64,000 nucleotides of DNA from Limisphaerales bacterium (GCA_050949405.1 JBMNFQ010000001.1:168166-232165); one strand, 5' to 3'; counted from the first letter of the stretch, positions 1-10,429 are shown. Notes: generated by a model from the letters alone, not told the origin. Numbers and translations are program-made.

Positions 1-576
1 CCGCTCGAAGATGGGTTTGTGACGATATCCCGCGCCTCCGGCACTCTCATTTTCCCGACAGAGCTGATGCTGATTGCCGCCATGAACCCCACCCCGGACG
101 GCAAAATGCCTCACGAATCCCGCAGCTCGCCCCAGCAGATTCAAAACTACCTGGGGCGCATCTCCGGTCCGCTTCTGGACCGCATTGATCTCCATATCGA
201 GGTTCCGTCCGTCCCCTTCCGTTTCATCTCTTCCAATCAGCCGGCGGCCGAAAGCTCAGAGCAAATCCGCAAACGGGTCATTGCCGCCCGCCAGAAGCAG
301 ACTGAGCGCTTTGCCCTGAGCCCCCACATTCGCGCCAATGCGCGCATGGGCAGCCGCGAGCTCAGCAAGTTCTGTAACCTTGACAGCGATTGCCTCAATC
401 TGCTCAAGATGGCGATGAACGAAATGCACCTGAGCGCCCGAGCCTATGACCGCATCCGTAAGGTCGCCCGTACGATTGCTGATCTGGAGGGCTCTGAGGA
501 AATCCAGTCCCAGCATATCATGGAAGCCAGCCAGTACAGAAATCTGGACCGGCAAGTCTGGAGCTTTCTGGCCTGA
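1..576 (+). CDS. comM: YifB/ComM family Mg-chelatase-like AAA+ ATPase, C-terminal part (5' truncated by window)
   Basis: Frame is open from base 1 (PLEDGFVTISRA). Motifs LIAAMNP, RISGPLLDRIDLH and LSARAYDRIRKVARTIADL are typical of YifB/ComM. Confidence 0.9.
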   Translation, partial: PLEDGFVTISRASGTLIFPTELMLIAAMNPTPDGKMPHESRSSPQQIQNYLGRISGPLLDRIDLHIEVPSVPFRFISSNQPAAESSEQIRKRVIAARQKQTERFALSPHIRANARMGSRELSKFCNLDSDCLNLLKMAMNEMHLSARAYDRIRKVARTIADLEGSEEIQSQHIMEASQYRNLDRQVWSFLA

Positions 577-591
577 GCCAGAGCCACTGAA

Positions 592-1974
592 ATGAAAATG
601 AAAACGAAATTAACAACCCTTTTCCTGCTGTCGGCCTCTCTCTGCACTCTGCAGGCGCTTGAACCGTTCCGGATTCAAGTGGTCGATCGCCAAAGCGGCT
701 GGCCCGTCCCATTGGTCGAGCTAAAAACCGTCGGCTATGTCCGTTACCTGAGCGATAACGCCGGCGTCATCGCCTTTGACGACCCGGACCTGATGGACCA
801 GGAGGTCTGGTTTGATATTTCCGGCCATGGTTACACGGTACCCAAAGATGGTTTCGGCTATCGGGGCGTGCGTCTGAAGCCGACCCCGGGCGGAGAAGCT
901 ACCGTCAAGGTTGACCGCGAAAGCATCGCCCGGCGAATTGGACGCCTGACAGGCAGCGGCCTCTTTGGGGAAAGCAAAAAATGCGGCCTGATGCTCGATT
1001 GGGAAGATACCGGCGTCATCGGCTGCGATACTGTGCAGACAGCCCTCTACAAAGGCGAAGTCTTCTGGGCCTGGGGCGACACCTCGCTGCCACACTACCC
1101 GCTGGGAGTCTTCCACACCACCGCAGCAATCACCCCCTTCACCGCCAGCTTCCCTGCCGAGCCACCTCTGCAGGTTCAGTTCAATTTATTCCGCGAAGCC
1201 AACGGCAGACCCCGCGGCGTCGCCAAATTGCCGGGCGATGGTCCCACCTGGATCAGCGGCACCCTCACCCTCAAAGATAAGAACGGAGAAGAGCAACTCT
1301 GCACGGTCTATAACAAAATCAACCCACCCTTGGAGCCCTATGAACGCGGCCTGGCCCGCTGGAATGATGAATCGAAAGAATTTGAACGCAGCCGTATCGT
1401 CTGGGAAAAATCCTCCGGCCAGCGCTCGCCCACCCTGCCCGATGGCCACCCGGCCTTCTGGCGAGACGAGGAGACCGGAATCGAGTGGGTCTTCTTCGGA
1501 GACCCATTGCCACGGCTCAAATGCAAAGCAACCTTTGAGGATTGGTCCAACCCCGACGCTTGGGAAAAGGTGGAATCCCCACGCACTCTCACCTCTGCCA
1601 CCGATGAGCAGGAGGTCCGCCTCCACACCGGTTCCATCCAGTGGAGTGAGTATCGCAAGCGCTGGGTCGCTCTATTTGTTCAGTCTGGCGGGAAATCTTC
1701 CTACCTGGGAGACCTCTGGTATGCCGAAGCCCGTTCACCTCTGGGCCCCTGGGGCAAAGCGGTCCCAATTCTTTCTCATGACCGCTACACCTTCTACAAT
1801 CCCCGGCTGCATCCGGAGCTGGCCCCAGCCGATAAACCATACCTCCTCTTCGAAGGCACTTACACGATGACCTTCGAGGGGCGCGCTTTCCCGACAGCCC
1901 GCTACGAGTATAATCAGATACTCTACCGGCTGGATCTGGATGAGCCAAAGCTAAAACCGGCCTTTGTCGATTAA
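592..1974 (+). CDS. Secreted hypothetical protein (probable beta-propeller, glycoside-hydrolase-like)
   Basis: 460 aa ORF with an N-terminal signal peptide, an FWAWGDT motif and Trp/Gly-rich repeats. No confident family assignment. Confidence 0.6.
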   Translation: MKMKTKLTTLFLLSASLCTLQALEPFRIQVVDRQSGWPVPLVELKTVGYVRYLSDNAGVIAFDDPDLMDQEVWFDISGHGYTVPKDGFGYRGVRLKPTPGGEATVKVDRESIARRIGRLTGSGLFGESKKCGLMLDWEDTGVIGCDTVQTALYKGEVFWAWGDTSLPHYPLGVFHTTAAITPFTASFPAEPPLQVQFNLFREANGRPRGVAKLPGDGPTWISGTLTLKDKNGEEQLCTVYNKINPPLEPYERGLARWNDESKEFERSRIVWEKSSGQRSPTLPDGHPAFWRDEETGIEWVFFGDPLPRLKCKATFEDWSNPDAWEKVESPRTLTSATDEQEVRLHTGSIQWSEYRKRWVALFVQSGGKSSYLGDLWYAEARSPLGPWGKAVPILSHDRYTFYNPRLHPELAPADKPYLLFEGTYTMTFEGRAFPTARYEYNQILYRLDLDEPKLKPAFVD

Positions 1975-1992
1975 CTCTTTCCCCGTGCGCGA

Positions 1993-4431
1993 CTAGTTCT
2001 CTGAGCGTTGCAGGCTGATGGCCGTTTCTGGGCGCAGCTCACCCTCAACCGCTATCTCGAGGCTTCCCTCTTTGGATGTCAGCTTCAGGCGCCGCTCAGC
2101 TCCGGTAATCGTATTGAGCACCCATACCTCATAGGAGCCCGCAGGTACCCTGAGCGCCAACCGCTCCGGCATTTGGCGGCTATAGAGCAGGTATTGCTTG
2201 CCGTTCTCCGCCAGAACGAAAAGGTTCAGTTCCCCCTCTGCCAGAAGGCTCTTTCCTGCGACCGGTTTCAAGCGGATGAAGTCCGAGCTCTCAAGAAAGC
2301 GCTTCATCAAACTAATCTGGCGCCTGAACTCGGGGCTTCCACAACCCGGGGTTGGCTCCTTCACTTCGAAGGTCCCATCCTCCCAGCCCACCGCGAAGGA
2401 GTAATCCAGGTTATTATAGAGCGCACCGCCCGAGAGCATGAACTCCCATGCTTCACGCCGGTAGTAGTCGCCGCCAATCCCCTTGAAGCCAGTCTCATTC
2501 ATTCCGATGGGCAGAGGCAGATGCGCATTATCGGCCACGGCTCTGGGCGGCGAGCAGTAGTGGAAATTCAAGAGCGACCAGGCCGGATGAGGATTTTGCA
2601 CTATCGCGGTGCCATTAGCCACGTTTACGGAGATAAGATGCTTGCGAGGCAGCTCCTTCTCAGTCTCCACGATACAATCGGTAATCATCCGTTGCCAGGC
2701 ATCCGTTACCCCGCCAAAATACGCCTCATTACAAATCTCAAAATAGAAGTTATCGTAACCGTTCACCTCGCGCACAATTCTGCGTACAACCTCCCTCTGA
2801 ACCTCCAAGAGCCCCAGCTCCGCATCCATACTCAAAAGCTGGTTCGATGGGACATTCCCGAGACCCTGAATATTATTCTCGGCATTCATTGGTGAGAGCT
2901 TCCACTGAGATGGATCGTAAATCGGGCAGAAAAGGGTCAGCTCCAGCACAATCCCAAGCTCTGAGGATTTTTGCAGCAGTTGATGCAGCCGCTCAAAATA
3001 GGCCGGGTTAAACTGCATAAGGTCAAACTTGTTGGCACCATCCAGCGCACCTGCCTCCTGGCTTCGCTTCCAAGGCGACACATAGTTTTTGCCGGGTGCC
3101 AACGTGTTGTTCTGAATATTGAAATTGCCCTCCTCTTCACGGTAAGTCCCCATGAAAACGCGGGTATGGTTGAGCCCATCCTTTGCCAGCGTCTCCAGAT
3201 ATTTATCGAAATCAAAAGCGCTGTTGAGGAGAACCCCATAATGCTCGCCAGAGGTGATCAGGAGCGTCGGCTTGTCACGGAAGAGAAAATATTTCGGGTT
3301 CTCCGGATGAAGCGAAAACGTCTCGCCCAAAGCCCGCTTGCCGGTGAGCGGTTCGATCATGGGCCATACCGGTTCTCCCCGTTGAATGATCCCGAAACCG
3401 CCTTTGTAATCCCAGTTGGAATAACCGATGTTGTGCCGTTTGAAGAGCATCGTCACATCCCGATACCAGCGGTATTTATCCGGAGCCGGAGACGTTTGGC
3501 AGCAACCGAATTCGCCGCAATAGACCGGCAGATTGTGTTTTTTGGCCACATCCAGAACCTGTTTGAAATGCCCTTCGATCACGTCGGCATTGAAGACACG
3601 CCGGTTCCATTGTATGCCATATTTTTGGCGTTGCGTTTCGGGAAGAGCATCCAATTCCTCATCCAGAATGGTTTTGCCCGGATAATGAACCGGCCCGGTG
3701 TAATCCCTTATCTCGTGCCAGGGGGCCCGGTGGTGGGTCAGGAGAAATGGCTCATAATAGTGGAAAGTGATAATGATATTGGGGTCGTTTTCCGGAATCC
3801 ACAAATCTTTCACGGTGCTGTAATTTTGCCAGCGGTTGGAACCTATAAGGATTTTACGCTCCGGCTCCAGCTTCCTCAAGGTCGCCACGGCGCGGCGAAC
3901 GATTTTGTTCCACGTCTCCGAGTCATCGGCCACCGGCTCATTCATCAGCTCGTAGGCGACCCACTCATTCGGATATTTGTTCAACTCTCCGCTCAGTTTC
4001 TCCCAGCAGGCATAAAATTTCTCCTGAGCTTCAGGGTCGGTAAAAAGCGGCTTAACCTTGCTGTCAAAGTAGTGAGTACGCAGAATGTGTAAATCGACAA
4101 TCGCCCGCAGTTGATGCTTCCGGCACCATTCAAGCCCCTGATGCAGAAGCGCGAAAGCCTCCGCATCCTTCTCTCCATTTTCCAGGAACATCTGCTCTTC
4201 ATCAATCGGGATACGCAGATGGTCATACCCCAGAGAGGCCAGGAGCGCCACATCCTTCTCGGTAAAATAAGCAGCCCGTCTTTCACCGCGCGCGCCGCTT
4301 TGCGAAAGCCAATGACTGATATTGATTCCCTTTTGAACTTCAAAAGGGCTCACCTCTTTTTCTGCAGCCCAGCCGCTGCAATGCAGCCAGGAAAAGAGGA
4401 AAAACAGGGAATAAACGAATATCTTTTTCAT
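1993..4431 (-). CDS. Secreted GH5 glycoside hydrolase fused to a second clan-A-like TIM-barrel domain and a C-terminal beta domain
   Basis: Signal peptide; GH5 motifs GINISHWLSQ, HLRIP, ELMNEP (acid/base) and YCGEFG (nucleophile). Second half has HPENPKYFLFR, EICNEA and MNETG. Confidence 0.8.
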   Translation of the reverse strand: MKKIFVYSLFFLFSWLHCSGWAAEKEVSPFEVQKGINISHWLSQSGARGERRAAYFTEKDVALLASLGYDHLRIPIDEEQMFLENGEKDAEAFALLHQGLEWCRKHQLRAIVDLHILRTHYFDSKVKPLFTDPEAQEKFYACWEKLSGELNKYPNEWVAYELMNEPVADDSETWNKIVRRAVATLRKLEPERKILIGSNRWQNYSTVKDLWIPENDPNIIITFHYYEPFLLTHHRAPWHEIRDYTGPVHYPGKTILDEELDALPETQRQKYGIQWNRRVFNADVIEGHFKQVLDVAKKHNLPVYCGEFGCCQTSPAPDKYRWYRDVTMLFKRHNIGYSNWDYKGGFGIIQRGEPVWPMIEPLTGKRALGETFSLHPENPKYFLFRDKPTLLITSGEHYGVLLNSAFDFDKYLETLAKDGLNHTRVFMGTYREEEGNFNIQNNTLAPGKNYVSPWKRSQEAGALDGANKFDLMQFNPAYFERLHQLLQKSSELGIVLELTLFCPIYDPSQWKLSPMNAENNIQGLGNVPSNQLLSMDAELGLLEVQREVVRRIVREVNGYDNFYFEICNEAYFGGVTDAWQRMITDCIVETEKELPRKHLISVNVANGTAIVQNPHPAWSLLNFHYCSPPRAVADNAHLPLPIGMNETGFKGIGGDYYRREAWEFMLSGGALYNNLDYSFAVGWEDGTFEVKEPTPGCGSPEFRRQISLMKRFLESSDFIRLKPVAGKSLLAEGELNLFVLAENGKQYLLYSRQMPERLALRVPAGSYEVWVLNTITGAERRLKLTSKEGSLEIAVEGELRPETAISLQRSEN

Positions 4432-4477
4432 AAATATGAACAGGTTTGAACAGGTTCTAAAATGGTCTTCTTAACTT

Positions 4478-4515
4478 AAAAAGGGGATGGATGCCATTCA
4501 CCACACCCATCCCCT
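4478..4515 (-). terminator. Intrinsic terminator downstream of the ThuA-DUF1080 gene
   Basis: AGGGGATGG...CCATCCCCT inverted repeat followed by a T-run on the minus strand. Confidence 0.65.
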
Positions 4516-4546
4516 CAAAAAAGAGTCTTAATTAACTCTCAAGAGC

Positions 4547-5902
4547 TTACTTGAGCTCTTTAACGCGCATGTTCCGGAAAGCCACGTTGCCGTGGTCGCC
4601 CTGTACAAAGAAGGCGCCCGGGTCATTCACATTGTTATCGAGCTGGCTGCCGGTTGGGCGCTCCACCGTGACGTTATCGTGCACCTTAACATCGTTTACA
4701 ATCACGGTAAGCTTGTTACCAATAAGCGCTGCTTCCACGGTATTCCACTCGCCGGGCTTCTTGGAAGCCTTGACGGAGGCGGCAGCATGGTTATAGATAG
4801 CGTTATCGCCCGTCTTTTCGGGCTTGGCCGTCACCGGCTCGCCAAAGACCTGAATTTCATAGCGGCCACGCAGATAAAATCCACTGTTGGAGCCCTCGGG
4901 CACCATGTATTCATAGCGAACGACAAAATCACGATACTTCGCATTAGTGATCAGGTCCGTGCCATGCTGGCCAGGAGGAATGCTGTTGACGAGCATACCA
5001 TTCTGGGCGCTCCAGCTCTTGAGACCATTGGGATTGCGGTAGTACCAGCCGGTGAGGTCGCAGCCGTTGAAGAACGGCACGAAACCCTCGGCAGCCTCTT
5101 CTGCGCTCACGGTGTACCAGTTACTGGTCGGGCTCGGATCTCCATCAACCAGGCCGATTGACCAGAGAATACCCTGCAGCACATGGCCCTCATACCAATC
5201 GGTAGCGATCACGTCAGTGCGGTGACCCAGAGAGGTATAGAAAACGCGGCCCTGGCCCCAGTTTTTGCAATAGGCAATCGGGTAATCGCCAGGCTGATTT
5301 GCCGTCGGGCTGCCATCATTGGGCCTCTTATCCAGAGTCAGGAGACCGTGTACAGTATCACGGTTAAACTTCTGGAGAATATAAATCTCATCATGAACGA
5401 CCAGGTTATCAGGGATATCCTTAATGATCGGGTGTGTCGGGTCCTCCTTGATTATATTAACCGTCGCCTGGGCACCATGGGTCAGAAAAAGACCACCCAC
5501 CATTTCGGTGTAGGCCGGGAACCCCGCAAAGGTATCTGTCGCGGCGTGAAGCCCCACATAACCCTTACCCGAAGCAATCCAGTTGATAAAACCGTTCTTA
5601 TCCGGCAACGGGAGCTCACCGGTCGTGTTGTTAAAGACCACGCCGTCATATTTTTTCAGGGAGTCCATGGTCATCAGTTTGGCCATGTCCTCATCGGTCC
5701 TCACAAAATCAACATCAAACTGGCCACTCTCTTTGGCCAGCTTCTCAAGCATTTTATCCGCCGAAGGGATAACATCGTGTCTGAAAGACTTGGTCACAGA
5801 AACGACCAGGACTTTCTTATCTGCGGCTTGCGCCGAAAATACAAAACAGGCTGCCAGCGCCAAAGCACCCGCCTTTAACCATAAACTTCTATTATTTTTC
5901 AT
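4547..5902 (-). CDS. Secreted ThuA-like domain + DUF1080 (3-keto-disaccharide hydrolase-like) protein
   Basis: N-terminal half has FRHDVIP, VGLHAATDT and GRVFYTSLGH (ThuA). C-terminal half has FNGCDLTGW, NSGFYLRG, KPGEWN and QGDHGNVAFRN (DUF1080). Confidence 0.85.
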   Translation of the reverse strand: MKNNRSLWLKAGALALAACFVFSAQAADKKVLVVSVTKSFRHDVIPSADKMLEKLAKESGQFDVDFVRTDEDMAKLMTMDSLKKYDGVVFNNTTGELPLPDKNGFINWIASGKGYVGLHAATDTFAGFPAYTEMVGGLFLTHGAQATVNIIKEDPTHPIIKDIPDNLVVHDEIYILQKFNRDTVHGLLTLDKRPNDGSPTANQPGDYPIAYCKNWGQGRVFYTSLGHRTDVIATDWYEGHVLQGILWSIGLVDGDPSPTSNWYTVSAEEAAEGFVPFFNGCDLTGWYYRNPNGLKSWSAQNGMLVNSIPPGQHGTDLITNAKYRDFVVRYEYMVPEGSNSGFYLRGRYEIQVFGEPVTAKPEKTGDNAIYNHAAASVKASKKPGEWNTVEAALIGNKLTVIVNDVKVHDNVTVERPTGSQLDNNVNDPGAFFVQGDHGNVAFRNMRVKELK

Positions 5903-5985
5903 AAAAAACGTTCGTCAAAACACAATCGATTAGACGCCTTCAACGGTGATATTATTCAAAATGGAGAGTAAAAACAAGGCATTTT

Positions 5986-6561
5986 TCACTTTCGGTAGCA
6001 GCCCGATGCAAGCACAGACTCTTCAACCGCAGCCGGCATCAACCCCTTCACGCTCTGGCCCAAAGCAATCCGCTCGCGAATACTGCGCGAAGAGGTCTCG
6101 TTGAAAAGAGTATCAATCAGGTGGATACGGTAATCCTCGGGCAGCGGTTGTAAGCTCTCCCCAGGCCGGCTCACGACGATGAACTCCACCAGCCGCGCCA
6201 GCTCCGGCGCATCTTTCCAGAGCGGCAAAGAGGGTGCGTTATCCATCCCAATCAGGTAAAAAAGCTCAGCCCCGGGGAACTGCTTCCTATACTTCTTCAC
6301 GGTATCAATCGTGTAGGAGATACCCCCACGCTCAAGCTCGGAGGAATCGATTTTCCACTCCGGATGCCCCGCAAGCGCCAGCTCCACCCACTGAAGCCGA
6401 AGCCCCGATGGAGCCGTAAACTGCCCCTCCTTGAAAGGGGAGCGCGCCGCCGGGACGACATAGAGCTCATCGAGCTTCAGGCGATCGCAGGCAGCCTCAG
6501 CCACCTGCAAATGCGCCAGATGGATGGGGTCAAACGATCCGCCATAAATTCCAACCCTCAC
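5986..6561 (-). CDS. nadD: Nicotinate-nucleotide adenylyltransferase
   Basis: GIYGGSFDPIHLAH, SYTIDT, LIGMDN and SSRSIR motifs. Confidence 0.95.
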   Translation of the reverse strand: MRVGIYGGSFDPIHLAHLQVAEAACDRLKLDELYVVPAARSPFKEGQFTAPSGLRLQWVELALAGHPEWKIDSSELERGGISYTIDTVKKYRKQFPGAELFYLIGMDNAPSLPLWKDAPELARLVEFIVVSRPGESLQPLPEDYRIHLIDTLFNETSSRSIRERIALGQSVKGLMPAAVEESVLASGCYRK

Positions 6562-6636
6562 AATTTGAACCCCTTGTCCAATGGTCCAATGGAAAGGGAG
6601 CTTTTCAGCCCCCTTCTGCTCAGATACTGCCTGCCC

Positions 6637-7638
6637 TTAAATAGCCGTCACGCGCGCCAGATAATCAATCTCACGCTTGAGCTGGCCAAAGCGCTCCTCG
6701 GGCGTCTTGAGCCGGCTGACAATCTCGTTTTCCAGGCACATATCAGCCTTATACTTCGCCGCCTTCATGATCTGGGCAAACCTCTCAAAGTCAATATCCC
6801 CCTCATCAATCGGCGAGGCATACTTGCCATACTCCCAGCCCATCTCCCGCTTGCTGTTGCGTTTGTCTTCCGGGTACTTAATGCTCTTACAATGCGTATG
6901 ATAGGCCTTGCCGGCATAGCGCTCGAAGATATCGTAAAGATCATCCAGCGGGTGCCCGTACCAGTAGAAGTTGGCCGTATCCAGAGTCAAACCAAGCTTA
7001 TCGGAGCCGACTCCGTCAAAAAGACGGTCCAGGAACCATGGATCATTGGTGACGCTGCCGTGATTCTCAATGGCGTAGCGAATCTTCGTACCCTTGAGCA
7101 GGTCACAAAGCTTCTTGCAGGCATTGATGGCGACCGGCAGAAAATCCTCCTTGCTCATCTTGGAGGGGTATACATCAATGCGAATCGCCGGCACCTTCAG
7201 TATCTCGGCCGCATTGACCACTATCTCCGCATATTTCAGCTCCTCGACCAGGTCGCCCTCCAGCTTGTTGCCCATCAGGAAAGCGGTGATATTCTTCTTC
7301 TCCTTCTTGAGGTCCTTCTTGAGCTCCTTGATGCCGGCATCGTTGGTCAGGTCATACTTCTTCTCATCATGGAAAAAACCGTTGCTCTTGAATCCGCGCG
7401 CTGAAGCGGCCTCCACGCCGGTGATGCCGAGCCGGTCCATCGCTTCCCAGCAATTTTTGGCGCCGATCATCGCCAGCAGATTATCGCGGCAGGAGAGCTC
7501 CCAACGCGGCTTTTTCGCCCTGGGTGCGGCCCACGCTTCTGTTGCGCCCAGACCGAGGGTGAAACCTGCGGCAGAGGCTACCACGGCGCTTTTCAGAAAA
7601 GAGCGCCGACTGCTTAAGAAACAATCATTCTTCTTCAC
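6637..7638 (-). CDS. Tat-exported sugar phosphate isomerase/epimerase (xylose-isomerase-like TIM barrel)
   Basis: SRRSFLK twin-arginine signal; ENH, DTANF, HCK and LENE metal motifs. Start moved from the track's 7710 to GTG 7638, just before the signal peptide. Confidence 0.85.
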   Translation of the reverse strand: MKKNDCFLSSRRSFLKSAVVASAAGFTLGLGATEAWAAPRAKKPRWELSCRDNLLAMIGAKNCWEAMDRLGITGVEAASARGFKSNGFFHDEKKYDLTNDAGIKELKKDLKKEKKNITAFLMGNKLEGDLVEELKYAEIVVNAAEILKVPAIRIDVYPSKMSKEDFLPVAINACKKLCDLLKGTKIRYAIENHGSVTNDPWFLDRLFDGVGSDKLGLTLDTANFYWYGHPLDDLYDIFERYAGKAYHTHCKSIKYPEDKRNSKREMGWEYGKYASPIDEGDIDFERFAQIMKAAKYKADMCLENEIVSRLKTPEERFGQLKREIDYLARVTAI

Positions 7639-7933
7639 CCACTCATAAAAGACGAAAAGAAGAAGAATTTCAATTCTTTTATCTGAGGCAGGGCAATCAG
7701 GAAGACCCAATAAGGGTCTGTAGCCTCTCTCTTTCGCTCAACATACAGGAAGAATCTCTTGTATAAATACTTGCCTTTAATCTAGAAATGCGAAAAACTA
7801 TGGGAAGTGATGATGTTTTGGTTAAATCAGCCGGCTTTTGGAGGGCGAAACTCTTCGAGTATTCAGAGTGAGTTCTCCATGCCGGTTTGCAATTTATCCT
7901 GACTACGTAACAACTTAGTTGATAAAAGGTTCC

Positions 7934-9586
7934 ATGAATAGCGATAAACAACTCTTGCATTCCCGGATGCGATTTACTGTGGAGACCGTTCGAGCCTTTT
8001 TCTGGCTTGTCGTATTAGCTTTTTTGCTTTGCCTGCCGCAATCTCGGGCTGCCGTCGGCGATACCTTCACTGACGACAACTTCAAATACACCGTCCTGAC
8101 CGAAAAAGGCACAACCGGCACCGTCTCGGTCGCCAAACAATCGAATACTATCCCCTCCGGAGCGGTAACTATTCCCAACACTGTCACCCTGGGCCCGATG
8201 ACCTATAACGTCACCGGCATAGCGACGACTGCATTCATTGCATGCAACGGTTTGACGGGTATTACGATTTCCGACAGCGTTGTCAGCATCGGTGTGGCTG
8301 CGTTCTCTAAATGCAGCAGTCTGGTGAACATCACTATCTCCGATAGCGTCACGAACATTGGCGGTAGTGCTTTCGTTAGTTGCAGTAGTCTGATGAGTAT
8401 AACGATTCCTGATAGTGTCACCAGTATTGATGTAGCTGCGTTCGCCGGGTGCAGCAGCCTGGAGAATGTATTGATAGGCAAAAACGTCACCAGTATTGGA
8501 AACAATGCGTTCCAATATTGCACCAGTCTGACGAATATTATTTTCAAAGCCAATCCACCGAGCATGGGACGTGATGTTTTTTACAATTGCACGGAACTGG
8601 AAACCATTTACTACAAAGGAGACTCCAGCGGGTGGACGAATCCCTGGAATTCGCTAACAACGATTGCCTTAAAACCGGAAGATATCTGTATTATCAGCGC
8701 TCCTGTGGATCAGATGGTCTTGTCAAATACGGATGCCTCATTTGCTGTATCAGCCTTCAGCCCCGCCGAATTGAGTTATCAATGGTATAAAGACGGATTC
8801 CCCATTGAAGGAGCAACTTCACCGGCTTACTTCATTGTAAATGCTCAAGGTGAAGATAGCGGTTCCTATACGGTTACGATGAGCAACGAATATGCAAGTG
8901 CCGGCAGACAGGCAACACTGGATGTTGTCACAGAAAGAACGGGCGACCCGGATAGTGATTTCCAATATACGCTGGATGGAAGAACGGCCACCATTACGGG
9001 TTACCTGGGAACAAAAAAGATTGTGACAATTCCCAATATCGTCGAAGGATGCCTGGTGACACGTATTGGAGACCATGCTTTCGCTGGTTGCAGCGGACTG
9101 ACGAGTATCACGATTCCCGATAGCGCGACCAGTATCGAAAGAGGTGCTTTCAGAGGCTGCGCCAGTCTGACGAGCGTCATAATTCCCAACAAAGTCACAT
9201 TCATTGGAGACCATGCGTTTTATGGCTGCAGCGGACTGACGAATGTTTATTTCAAAGGCGATGCGCCGAGCATTGGAGGAAGTCATGTTTTCTCCGGCTG
9301 CAAAGCATTGGAGACTATTTACTACATAGAGGGCACCACGGGTTGGACGAATCCCTGGGAGGGAATTGCTACGGCGGCGTGGGTGCCGGAGTTGGTCTAC
9401 ACAATTGCGGGGGGCAAGCTCGTTCTGAGTTGGGCAGCTTCCTCCGGAGCGACACTGGAAGTCTCCGGCCAGGCCGGCGGCGGTCTCTGGACTCATGCCG
9501 GGGAGCCCGAAGTCGAAGAGGGTATCTGCTATTATGAAGCGCCCATCACTTCGGGCACAGCCTACTACAGGCTCGTCATCGAGTAA
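7934..9586 (+). CDS. BspA-like leucine-rich-repeat surface protein with Ig-like domain
   Basis: Signal peptide and two blocks of xTIPDSVTSIGxxAFxxCxSL repeats separated by an Ig domain (LSYQWYKDG...DSGSYTV). C-terminal ...AYYRLVIE. Start uncertain (7934 or 7967). Confidence 0.85.
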   Translation: MNSDKQLLHSRMRFTVETVRAFFWLVVLAFLLCLPQSRAAVGDTFTDDNFKYTVLTEKGTTGTVSVAKQSNTIPSGAVTIPNTVTLGPMTYNVTGIATTAFIACNGLTGITISDSVVSIGVAAFSKCSSLVNITISDSVTNIGGSAFVSCSSLMSITIPDSVTSIDVAAFAGCSSLENVLIGKNVTSIGNNAFQYCTSLTNIIFKANPPSMGRDVFYNCTELETIYYKGDSSGWTNPWNSLTTIALKPEDICIISAPVDQMVLSNTDASFAVSAFSPAELSYQWYKDGFPIEGATSPAYFIVNAQGEDSGSYTVTMSNEYASAGRQATLDVVTERTGDPDSDFQYTLDGRTATITGYLGTKKIVTIPNIVEGCLVTRIGDHAFAGCSGLTSITIPDSATSIERGAFRGCASLTSVIIPNKVTFIGDHAFYGCSGLTNVYFKGDAPSIGGSHVFSGCKALETIYYIEGTTGWTNPWEGIATAAWVPELVYTIAGGKLVLSWAASSGATLEVSGQAGGGLWTHAGEPEVEEGICYYEAPITSGTAYYRLVIE

Positions 9587-9640
9587 AAATCAGAATTCCG
9601 ATATGCAGGGGGAGGTTTTTTGCACTCCCCTGTTTAAAGC

Positions 9641-9680
9641 GAAAAAATCGAGGAGGCGTTTCGTCTCCCCGATTTTTTTC
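9641..9680. terminator. Bidirectional intrinsic terminator between convergent BspA and HPr genes
   Basis: GAAAAAATCG-AGGAGGCG-TTT-CGTCTCC-CCGATTTTTTTC hairpin with A/T tails on both sides. Confidence 0.7.
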
Positions 9681-9730
9681 AATTGCGGCACCCTTGTCAA
9701 TGCAGGGGAAAGCCGATTGACTGGCAGTGG

Positions 9731-10063
9731 CTAGTCTTCGTCGAATTTCCCATCCACCAGCTTCTGAAGCTCATCCAGAGCCTCACGAGCATCCTCACCG
9801 GCCGCCTTGACCAGAATGTGACTGCCTTCACCGGCTGCCAACATCATTAAACCCATAATGCTCTTACCGTTGACCTCTTCGCCATCCTTTTCAACATAGA
9901 TAGAGCACTTAAAACGTCCCGCCAGTTTGACAAACTTGGATGCCGGCCTGGCATGAAGTCCATATCGGTTCTGAATCACCATCTCCTGAGATAATCCCTC
10001 AGAAGTATCCATTTGACTACTCGTGTTACTCACAGCGCTTTCTGGTTGGAGAAAATTAAACAT
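9731..10063 (-). CDS. ptsH: Phosphocarrier protein HPr
   Basis: GLHARPAS (His15 site) and GKSIMGLMML (Ser46 site). Start uncertain; a downstream ATG at MDTSEG is also possible. Confidence 0.9.
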   Translation of the reverse strand: MFNFLQPESAVSNTSSQMDTSEGLSQEMVIQNRYGLHARPASKFVKLAGRFKCSIYVEKDGEEVNGKSIMGLMMLAAGEGSHILVKAAGEDAREALDELQKLVDGKFDED

Positions 10064-10237
10064 ACTTACCGGCACGACAACCGCCAGTATGCGATGACTC
10101 CCCTGCCACCGCAAAAGAAACTATACACGCCTCTCAAGTTTATTGCAAAAAGATTTACAACTTTTCCGCCTGGAAAATGAAGAACGAAGCCGGAACTCTC
10201 CCCCAACAAAAAGAGAGACGTTTATTTACCCTTAAAA

Positions 10238-10311
10238 TGGCTGTCCGACCTGGATTTGAACCAAGACAGAGGCTTCCAAAGAGCCTAGTGCTACCATTAC
10301 ACCATCGGACA
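10238..10311 (-). tRNA. tRNA-Gln (TTG)
   Basis: Reverse complement TGTCCGATGGTGTAATGGTAGCACTAGGCTCTTTGGAAGCCTCTGTCTTGGTTCAAATCCAGGTCGGACAGCCA folds as a cloverleaf with anticodon TTG and encoded CCA. Confidence 0.95.
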
Positions 10312-10429
10312 AGCCGCGCAGAGAACATAACAATTCTCAGGCTCTGGGGCAAAGTATTTTTTAAATTAGTCTGGATTTTCCCCAGAATTACCTTAGAATC
10401 AGCCTCTGGTAACTGATAATCATGCTGCT

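Noticed and set aside
2008-4092. Long plus-strand ORFs opposite the GH5 gene (similar shadows at 6364-7404, 19187-20329, 27656-28801, 38175-39128 and 39670-40767)
   Set aside because: They are antisense shadows of well-supported genes with no recognisable motifs, as expected at this GC content.
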